Shown here: in pieces, positions 49,630 to 57,233 of the stretch | Numbering within the stretch: the stretch's first letter is position 1 | How the letters are laid out: the number at the start of each line of letters is the position of its first letter | Origin: Candidatus Bathyarchaeota archaeon | Lineage (GTDB): Archaea; Thermoproteota; Bathyarchaeia; Bathyarchaeales; Bathyarchaeaceae | Direction of reading: 5' to 3' | DNA length: 64,000 nucleotides | Assembly: GCA_030608565.1 (NCBI GenBank) | Contig: JAUWDY010000005.1 | Coordinates: 5,359-69,358, forward strand | The notes under the pieces: generated by a model | The model's input: the letters and a program-made list of their open reading frames with translations, nothing else | Databases searched by the model: none | Told to the model about the DNA's origin: nothing | Program-made: the position numbers and the translations under genes

Positions 49630-52578
49630 CTAGACTGGTTTGGATTTCTTCATTTTCACCAAGTAAACTGCCATTACTGCGATTACTATTGCCATTCCGA
49701 TAGTCGTGTAGTGAAAGATGCCGAAAGGCGCCTCCGGCAATTCTTGTATGAGAACTCCAATGGTTCGCGAATTGTCCACACTATAGGTTTCTCCAGGTAA
49801 AGGTTCGGCTAATGCTTTGACTGTGTAAATGCCGGCCGCTATATTTCGTGTATCCCACGTAAGGCTTATTGTCTCATTTACGCCTGTAGCTAAAGGCGCG
49901 GTGAGGGCTCGTGTAAGTCGAGTGTTGTTATAGTAAATTGTCACATTAAACGATTCTATTGCAGTGCCCTTGTTCAAGGCGATCACATTTATTGTTAGCA
50001 ATTCTCCTTTGGTTGCTTTGATTTTTGATACTTCAATGTCGAGAATAGCTATGTCTTGGATCGCCACGTTCACGCTCAGTTCAGGACTTTCAGCTGAAAG
50101 AGTTATTGAATCGCCTTTCCAAGAGGCTTTGATTTGGTAGATGCCAGATTCTGTTGGCATCCAATCAAAGGAGTATTGACCGTTTTGACTTGTTGAGACA
50201 TTTGCAAGAGACATCCAAGCGGTCTCCTCAACACGTGTATATTCAATGGCCACAATCACGCTAGCACGAGCAGGTGAAATGGACCCGCTGATAGTTGTGT
50301 TGAAGCCAAGGGGAACGGTTGTAGGCGAAGTGGATATGGCAATTGTGCTAGACGATTTTGGCACTATTACAGTCTCTGTTTTCGTATGGTCTAAGCCGTC
50401 GTCGTCAACTACCTTCAATTTCACAGCGTAGGTGCCAGGCATACTGTAAGCATGGGTTGCAGTCACGCCCGTGGCGTTTGCCTCATCACCAAAATCCCAT
50501 ATGTAATTCATGATCTCTCCTTCAGGGTCTCCTGGTGCATAGCTGGCTGACGCGTCAAAAGTGACTACTTCGCCCATGTTTGGCTCACTGGGCGAGAAAG
50601 TGAAAAAAGGTACAGGGAGCAACCGAATCAGAACAGTCAAGTTTTGCACGTTGTTCGTCGTATTAGCTTCGTCAACAACAGGGGGTACATATGCAGTTAC
50701 ATTGTATACACCTTCAACAGTGGAGTTCATTGCCCTAAACCAACTGAAGCTCAATGTTGTGGTGGCTCCGGCTGACAGTGTTACCGCAGTCTGATTTGCT
50801 ATAGGTTCGGTTGAATTGGCATAAACAAACACGTCGAAAGTGTCGTCTATATTGCCTTTGTTTTCAATCTCAACTTCTATGGTTGAAATTCTTCCTACAA
50901 CGATGTCGGTTGGACTGACTTCTATATTGGTAATTGCTATATCGTGTACAGGAACTTCGGTGGCGACTATTGGATCGCCAAAAAGTGTGTTGTCGACTGT
51001 GTTTTTCTCTTCGCTGGGACGAAAAACATGAGGTTTGATAAAATCGACTAAGTAGGCGTTTGCCCATATAGCGTAAGATCCTGGTGTAATGTCTCTTGGT
51101 TGAAGAGGGTTGATTCTCACTGGAAGCCAATCAACATAAATTGGCGTTGCGTTGACTCCAACCTGGATGTACCTTATACGAACCCTTGTTTTATTCATCA
51201 GGCTGGGCTCCCATAAGAGGCTGCCAGTTACGTCAACCCAGAAAAATGCATCGGTTACAGATGTGATGTTATAGACGATATCTTCGCTCCAAGTCTTTCC
51301 GTTGTAAACGCTCATGTTTAACTGATCATCTCCGCCTACATCAGTTTTCACTTCTATTCCAACTTCCACTTTGGATACGCAAGTCCACCCGATGGTGTCA
51401 AATTCGTAGCCTCTAAATTCTTGATATGTGTTATTGGTGCTGGTGTAGGTATAGAGATCATCTGAAGTGGAAGCGTTGAGCGGATAAGTCCACGCTCCAA
51501 CACCTTCTATAGAAGGACTCAACATTGTTTGATTGATATACGTATTCCAAAGGAACGTAAGGGTTTCATTGTCTCCGGGACTTAAACCGTCCACAAATTC
51601 AGTGTTTATCGGTATACTGTTGTAGAAGGCGGTCACGTTGAATGTGTCGTGGTGACTACCATTGTTCAGAACGGTCACATCGATTCTTGCTATTTCACCC
51701 GTGTGAACTTCGTCTGGGGTTTCTATCTCCAAGATGGCTATGTCATGGAATTTAACGTCCACCTCAAGCGAGACGGTGTTGTTTTCGCCATCGTCGTCAG
51801 TGATTGAAAGCGTCACATTGTATGAGGTAAGAAGAGTAGTAGATACGTTGTAAGCATGAGTTGTGATCACGTCCGTTCCATTTGTTCCATCATCAAAATC
51901 CCATACGTAACTGACTATGCTACCTCCATCAGGGTCGTAGCTGGCAGAGGCGTCAAAAGATATAGTTTCACCAACTATTGGACGCCCATAGGTATCAGGG
52001 GTAAAGGAGAAAGCAGCCACGGGTGCAGTTGTGTGGAAATCTCCGTCAGATGTGCTATGTGAAATTTCAACAACAGAAGAATCCAACAATATTGTGCCAT
52101 AGAGGTGTAGAGTGGATTCTCCTGCGGCTTTTACAGTGAAGGTTACGGTGAAAAGGTTTCCGCTGCCGCCTACTCCAGGATACTTGCCCAAAGTGACGCA
52201 GGCAACATAAACATAATCGTCAGCGATTGTGTATGAAAAGTATGTTCCCATCGGAGACGTAGTTTGATCTTTTATGAAAGGCCCTTCCTCAACATCAGTT
52301 GCTTCCAGAACGTTCTTATCGAATCCTACTCTAGCCTCATACGAGAAGAGATCTGTGACATCGGCGACGCCGATCTCAATGATAAAAGATTCAGTAGGGT
52401 TCGCCACATTGTTCGCAGGATCTACCGCAATTGTTGTGTCAGGAGAAGCTGATGCATGTAATGGAAAGGGTAAAATCACGCCTAGTGCAGCTACAAGTAC
52501 TATTGACAGTAAAAGAAAAGTTATGCTGAACCTTTTGGGATGATGTAACTTACGTAATCTCATAAGCCCTCTCTCCAA
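49630..52578 (-). CDS. 982-aa surface protein: cohesin + PKD + CARDB-like domains + unknown domain + PKD + Ig-like domains + PEF-CTERM-like tail
   Basis: The probable start is the ATG at 52563, after GGAGAGAGGG. The cohesin spans aa 48-183 (nt 52030-52437). PKD motifs are present (FDASASYDPDGGSIVSYVWDFDDGT; FDASASYAPGDPEGEIMNYIWDFGDE). Several CARDB-like modules occur (HDIAILEIE..., HDIAITNIE..., QDIAILDIE...). The tail is LPEAPFGIFHYTTIGMAIVIAVMAVYLVKMKKSKPV. I counted >20 N-x-S/T sequons by eye. Confidence 0.8.
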   Translation of the reverse strand: MERGLMRLRKLHHPKRFSITFLLLSIVLVAALGVILPFPLHASASPDTTIAVDPANNVANPTESFIIEIGVADVTDLFSYEARVGFDKNVLEATDVEEGPFIKDQTTSPMGTYFSYTIADDYVYVACVTLGKYPGVGGSGNLFTVTFTVKAAGESTLHLYGTILLDSSVVEISHSTSDGDFHTTAPVAAFSFTPDTYGRPIVGETISFDASASYDPDGGSIVSYVWDFDDGTNGTDVITTHAYNVSTTLLTSYNVTLSITDDDGENNTVSLEVDVKFHDIAILEIETPDEVHTGEIARIDVTVLNNGSHHDTFNVTAFYNSIPINTEFVDGLSPGDNETLTFLWNTYINQTMLSPSIEGVGAWTYPLNASTSDDLYTYTSTNNTYQEFRGYEFDTIGWTCVSKVEVGIEVKTDVGGDDQLNMSVYNGKTWSEDIVYNITSVTDAFFWVDVTGSLLWEPSLMNKTRVRIRYIQVGVNATPIYVDWLPVRINPLQPRDITPGSYAIWANAYLVDFIKPHVFRPSEEKNTVDNTLFGDPIVATEVPVHDIAITNIEVSPTDIVVGRISTIEVEIENKGNIDDTFDVFVYANSTEPIANQTAVTLSAGATTTLSFSWFRAMNSTVEGVYNVTAYVPPVVDEANTTNNVQNLTVLIRLLPVPFFTFSPSEPNMGEVVTFDASASYAPGDPEGEIMNYIWDFGDEANATGVTATHAYSMPGTYAVKLKVVDDDGLDHTKTETVIVPKSSSTIAISTSPTTVPLGFNTTISGSISPARASVIVAIEYTRVEETAWMSLANVSTSQNGQYSFDWMPTESGIYQIKASWKGDSITLSAESPELSVNVAIQDIAILDIEVSKIKATKGELLTINVIALNKGTAIESFNVTIYYNNTRLTRALTAPLATGVNETISLTWDTRNIAAGIYTVKALAEPLPGETYSVDNSRTIGVLIQELPEAPFGIFHYTTIGMAIVIAVMAVYLVKMKKSKPV

Positions 52579-52706
52579 TCTCTATTTTGTCTAATACACT
52601 TTTAACTTAAAAGTTTCGCTATAGAAGAGTTCTCAAATAAAACTAGATAAATGACACATTAGCAGCTAGACGTGCAAAATAAAAAAGAAAAGGTTTGTTA
52701 GGTTTG

Positions 52707-54011
52707 TCAAGTGCGTTTTCTTCTCATGTAAAAGACTACGACGGCTAAGACTATGATTACGCCTATGGCGCCACCGATGACTAGGGTTGTTGGAAATGGT
52801 TCGGAAACCACGTTTACCGTAACAGTTCCGTCTTTGAACTCATTGTCGTCAGTGTCAACTTCGCCTTCGACTGTTGATGCAATAGCCTTTATCTGATAGT
52901 CTCCTTCAGCAACGCCTGTTGTGTCCCAGCTGAAAGTCAATGTTTCTTCGCTTCCAGGGCTCAAACCATCAACTTGCTGAGTGGCTATCGTGTTGGTGCC
53001 ATAGTATGTTGTTACGCCAAAGTCTTCTGATTCAGTGCCATCATTCCGAGCCGTTACATCAATGGAAACGGTTTCCCCAGCGTTAACTACTGCTTTCGAC
53101 ACTACAACGTTAGTTACTGCCACGTCATGAGCATAAGCGATACTCAGTGTTACCTCCTTTGTGCTGAAAAGTTCATACCAAATCCGCGGCATATCAGTAG
53201 TGTTGAATTGAGACTGCACAAGCGCAGACGCTGTGGCATCGTCGATGACAGTTAAAGAGGCAGTGAAAATTCCGCCAGTTGTGTAGGTATGTTCAGTAGT
53301 TGCCGTAGTGACCGAAGCATTTGTTCCATCTCCGAAATCCCAATAGTACTCAGCAATTTCCAATGGTGAGGTGGCACTGCTTGCTGAAGCGTTGAAGGTT
53401 GTCGGCTGATCTATTCCAGGAGGGTCAGGAGAATATGTGAAGTCAGCTACGGGTGGAATTAGAGTGTTGATAAAAAGACCGTTTTGGACAATGAGTTCAA
53501 GATCTTCAAAGTCGGGGGGAGGATTAGGGCTGTTCTGAGCTGTCAGATAAGTCAGATATATCTCTGTACCTGGGAGTGGATCGGTTTCAAACTTCAGGAG
53601 GGATTCTCCCTCAGCCACAACTTCAAACTCTACTGTCGCCAAAACTCCGCTGCCACTTATTCCTTGGTATTCACCGATTGTTGACCAGCCGAAAAGCGCT
53701 GAGGATTCTTCGATGTTCTGAACCCCAAATGTTCCATCAGGTTGCCACGCCAGGAAGTCTCCTTCTGTGACGTTGACAAAATTCAGTACGTCTGAATTGA
53801 AGGTTAGGTTTATCTGCCAAGCGTAGAGAAAATCGGCACCGGAAACAGTCACGTTGACTTTGAAGGATTCATCGACTGTTTTGTACACGATTGCTGGGTC
53901 AAAACTGATTTTTGCTGTAGCAGAAGAAGAGACAGTTTCAAGATTTATTAGAGTTGCTGCAAGAAGAAATGCCGAAAAGACAATTATGAGTAGCTTCTTT
54001 TTAAAGTTCAT
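52707..54011 (-). CDS. Surface protein: cohesin + PKD + CARDB-like domain + C-terminal TM/basic tail
   Basis: It has a signal peptide. The cohesin reads ADFLYAWQINLTFNSDVLNF ... GISGSGVLATVEFEVVAEGES. The PKD motif is FNASASSATSPLEIAEYYWDFGDGT. The CARDB-like module is HDVAVTNVVVSK...DVTARNDG. The tail is SEPFPTTLVIGGAIGVIIVLAVVVFYMRRKRT. Confidence 0.8.
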   Translation of the reverse strand: MNFKKKLLIIVFSAFLLAATLINLETVSSSATAKISFDPAIVYKTVDESFKVNVTVSGADFLYAWQINLTFNSDVLNFVNVTEGDFLAWQPDGTFGVQNIEESSALFGWSTIGEYQGISGSGVLATVEFEVVAEGESLLKFETDPLPGTEIYLTYLTAQNSPNPPPDFEDLELIVQNGLFINTLIPPVADFTYSPDPPGIDQPTTFNASASSATSPLEIAEYYWDFGDGTNASVTTATTEHTYTTGGIFTASLTVIDDATASALVQSQFNTTDMPRIWYELFSTKEVTLSIAYAHDVAVTNVVVSKAVVNAGETVSIDVTARNDGTESEDFGVTTYYGTNTIATQQVDGLSPGSEETLTFSWDTTGVAEGDYQIKAIASTVEGEVDTDDNEFKDGTVTVNVVSEPFPTTLVIGGAIGVIIVLAVVVFYMRRKRT

Positions 54012-54128
54012 ATTTCTCAGCTCTCAACATGGTTCTAGTATACTGTAGTTGTTGAACTAATGACGAGACATTTAAATTTATCTGTCTTACGATTTTCGTG
54101 CTAAAAAGGAGGATTTCACGTTGATTCT

Positions 54129-55751
54129 TCAAGTTTCTCCAAGATAATAGGCTACTATTCTGAGGTCTCGCATATCTACGATTCCATCTTTGTTTATGTC
54201 TGCACTCAAGTTGTAGCCAGGTTCACCCTCAAAGGTGCCGTATGCCAGTGAGACTAGTGTTAAATCTACAACGTTAATCTGACCATCCTCATTTACGTCG
54301 CCTGCCAGAGAGGTTCTGCAGAAAGCTTCCCAGTCCTCACCGAGGGGGTTTGACGTCCACACAACCCAGATTTTCGTATCTATGGTTTGCATGACGGCAG
54401 GCCACGTTTCATCGTCGTTGCTTGCAGCAAAATCAATCTCTCCAGACCATGAAGCGCCATCGTCAGAAGAGGACTTGTAGCAGATATCAGTGTTCCCCAA
54501 TGGTGCCCCAGAAGTATAGAATATCATTATGTTCTCGTCTATGGTCTGGAGGATTGCTGGGTGTACGTTGGTGTTTGTGTTGTTAGTTAGTGTTGTGTCA
54601 GCAGACCATGTGAACCCATTATAAATCTTGTAGAAAATATCATAGGTTCCTGTCCTCATTGAAGTCCAGGCTACCCATATATCTCCGTCTTTCATTTGAC
54701 CTACGCTTGGACCCTTGTCATGGGCAGGATCTGTCGTCAATTGGTTCGTTGGGGCATCTGCCCATGATTCGCCCTCTGCTATTATCTTGTAGCAGATATT
54801 ATGACTGCCTGACACATAGCTTTGCCACACGATCATAATTGTGCCATTAGCCAGCTGAATGATCGCTGGGCGCAAGTCATCGACATTATTATCAGTTAGC
54901 GGAAAATCTTTAGACCATGTTACTCCATTGTCATGCGAGGCTTTATAGTAGATATCATAATCCAAGGAAGGTGAAGAAGGCGAAGAAGCGGTCACGTGCG
55001 AGGTTTTGCTGGTCTGACTGGTTCCTTCAGTGACTACAATCTCCAAGTAGACGTCCACGATATGTATTGTATGGTCGCCTTTTCCCATTACAGTTAGAGT
55101 GTAATTTCCAGGTGTGGCTGTGGAATTCACTGTCACCATCAAGGTTGAGTTGGCTGTTCCATTGATTGGTGGCGTGACCTGAGTTGGAATGAGGGTTGTG
55201 CTTACGTTCGCTGGTTCAGGCGGCACAATCGAGAGGGTCACAGGATCGCTAAAATTATGTACTGAAGTCACAGTTATTGTTGAGTTGTCAGACCCCCCTT
55301 GTGGGATAGTCAAATTCTGAGGCAACGCGTCCATAATGAAGTTTGGGGTCGGAGGTGGAGGTGGTGGTTGCCTGCTTGAAGTCCATACAACCCATATTGT
55401 GCCGTTTTGAGCTTGCATAATTGATGGGTTTTGGTCGTGACCATCACAAAAATTATCTGTTAAGTTCATCGCTTCAGACCATGTACTACCTTGATCACTC
55501 GTGATATTGTAGTACAACGTAAGGTTACTATCGATCTCCTTTGACCAAACAAGCCACACTCTTAAGTCTTCTGTTTGTGCAAGTGTGGGAAAACTGTCCG
55601 CAATCAAGTTTGATGTGAGTTGTTTGGTGTTTGCAGACCATGATATGGCCTGCACTTGCATGAAAATTGAGGATGCAACGACTAGAATAAGGAAAGCGCA
55701 TGTGACGTTGATTGAGCGTTCACGACGCATTTTGATTATGTCTCCTGTCAT
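54129..55751 (-). CDS. Secreted BNR/Asp-box beta-propeller with an inserted Ig-like domain + C-terminal dockerin
   Basis: Asp-boxes seen: TSDQGSTWS, SHDNGVTWS, SSDDGASWS. A PPPPPPTP linker leads into a ~110-aa Ig-like insert. The dockerin is GDVNEDGQINVVDL...ADINKDGIVDMRDL (nt 54132-54305). Confidence 0.8.
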   Translation of the reverse strand: MTGDIIKMRRERSINVTCAFLILVVASSIFMQVQAISWSANTKQLTSNLIADSFPTLAQTEDLRVWLVWSKEIDSNLTLYYNITSDQGSTWSEAMNLTDNFCDGHDQNPSIMQAQNGTIWVVWTSSRQPPPPPPTPNFIMDALPQNLTIPQGGSDNSTITVTSVHNFSDPVTLSIVPPEPANVSTTLIPTQVTPPINGTANSTLMVTVNSTATPGNYTLTVMGKGDHTIHIVDVYLEIVVTEGTSQTSKTSHVTASSPSSPSLDYDIYYKASHDNGVTWSKDFPLTDNNVDDLRPAIIQLANGTIMIVWQSYVSGSHNICYKIIAEGESWADAPTNQLTTDPAHDKGPSVGQMKDGDIWVAWTSMRTGTYDIFYKIYNGFTWSADTTLTNNTNTNVHPAILQTIDENIMIFYTSGAPLGNTDICYKSSSDDGASWSGEIDFAASNDDETWPAVMQTIDTKIWVVWTSNPLGEDWEAFCRTSLAGDVNEDGQINVVDLTLVSLAYGTFEGEPGYNLSADINKDGIVDMRDLRIVAYYLGET

Positions 55752-55829
55752 AATTGTTAAATAAGATAAAAAAAAAGAGGGGATTGGATTTTCCCTACGA
55801 TTGTTTTGCTATTTTTGCTAGTCTGGTTC

Positions 55830-57224
55830 TTAAGGTACAATCCAGAAGTGCATTGTCTTCTGGGTTGATCCCCAAGAGTTCCATTTGAAGCCTTCGCTAG
55901 TGTATTCGATGGTTGCTGTGAGTTCGTATGTGCCGATGTGGTCTTCGCCTGAAAGCCATGTGACAGGGTCCAACTCAAGCTCCATGCCTGGGTTAACCAC
56001 GAATTCAGGTGGAGTAACAGGCGTTATAGCTGCAAACTCAACCTTCAATCGCACGCTGTCTATCTGCATAACATCAGGTGCGTCACCGTGGTAGTTGTAG
56101 ACGAGCATCTCAATATCGTTGAGGTCTGCTTCATTAGCTAGGTTTGGTTCTTGTTGTAGGACGCTTTCGCCGTCGATCCACCTAGTTCCGTACCAACCCC
56201 AGTCGGTAGTTCCCCAGCTGGATCCCCACCATGCAAACGCGGGCAGACCGTAAAGGTCAATGTCCACGTTCTCGGTGAAGCCATTTGGGAATCGCGAGTA
56301 GGTTTCTACCCATATGTTTGCGATCTCTTTGCCTCCAAGAGTAATATCTTCGAAGCCGAATAGAGATGCCCACTGGGCGTTAGCGTCGCCTTCAATGTAG
56401 TTGCCGTCGGGTTCTCCGAACAGGTTGGTTGGATCACCGTTGAATTCATAGTACCATTCGTTGAACTCGTTAACGTATAGGTATTCGAATGGTAGTGGTT
56501 CTCCAAGGCCACCGCCGGAGTAGGTTTGTCCAGCGTATATTCGGATGGTCCTGCTGTCTTCCAGTCGGGTTATGTCATAGCGTACCCTAACAGTTAGGGG
56601 AATGTCACCTTCGTTTATTACCTTGGCTTGGATTGGGAACACTGTTCCCGCTTTAACCTTGCGACCTTCAGGCATGTTTGCCCTGATCAGCCGTGCGGTT
56701 GGGCCTTGGTAGAAGGCGTCGGAAGTCTTGTGTGGCAGATAGTTGCCCTCTGGGTCCAACATAATGGTGTCCATCAGTGTTACTGGGCTTTCTCCAGATT
56801 CCACGACGAACAACTTGAATGTTGCCAGTATTCCGCTGCCAGATGCACCTACTCTTGGTGGGGTGCTCATCCTCATTATGACAACGGTGAATGTTCCTTC
56901 GAAAGAGTCAGTTGTGTATGTGAAGTAGGTCAGATGTGATCCACCATCATTCATGAAGCTTCCTTCTAGAATGTTGGATGCTGTTAGCACGGACACATAT
57001 GGCTGAACCTTCACAGTGAACTGAACTGCCCAAAGGTTTTCAGCATTGTCTATATTGACGGACATAGCGAATTCGTCGCCAGCGTGACCTTCCAGTTTAT
57101 CTGGCGTAATAGATATGGTGGTTGCGGGCGCTGCAGTCGTTGGGTTGATGCCAACCATCATGACGGTGAGCATCATTGCAATCAAGGATAGCAATAATAT
57201 GTTTTTTCCTCTCACTCTAATCAC
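55830..57224 (-). CDS. Secreted cohesin + uncharacterised ~300-aa C-terminal region
   Basis: It has a signal peptide. The cohesin reads AENLWAVQFTVKVQPYVSVL ... GASGSGILATFKLFVVESGES. The C-terminal region is Trp-rich and ends KTMHFWIVP (compare KTFSFAVVP in 47241..48137). The gene starts 9 nt after the stop of the binding-protein gene. Confidence 0.7.
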   Translation of the reverse strand: MIRVRGKNILLLSLIAMMLTVMMVGINPTTAAPATTISITPDKLEGHAGDEFAMSVNIDNAENLWAVQFTVKVQPYVSVLTASNILEGSFMNDGGSHLTYFTYTTDSFEGTFTVVIMRMSTPPRVGASGSGILATFKLFVVESGESPVTLMDTIMLDPEGNYLPHKTSDAFYQGPTARLIRANMPEGRKVKAGTVFPIQAKVINEGDIPLTVRVRYDITRLEDSRTIRIYAGQTYSGGGLGEPLPFEYLYVNEFNEWYYEFNGDPTNLFGEPDGNYIEGDANAQWASLFGFEDITLGGKEIANIWVETYSRFPNGFTENVDIDLYGLPAFAWWGSSWGTTDWGWYGTRWIDGESVLQQEPNLANEADLNDIEMLVYNYHGDAPDVMQIDSVRLKVEFAAITPVTPPEFVVNPGMELELDPVTWLSGEDHIGTYELTATIEYTSEGFKWNSWGSTQKTMHFWIVP

Positions 57225-57233
57225 CTCAATATT

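Noticed and set aside
55360-55385. A low-complexity ggtggaggtggtgg stretch
   Set aside because: It is simply the coding sequence for the PPPPPP linker of the BNR protein on the minus strand. It is not an independent repeat element.
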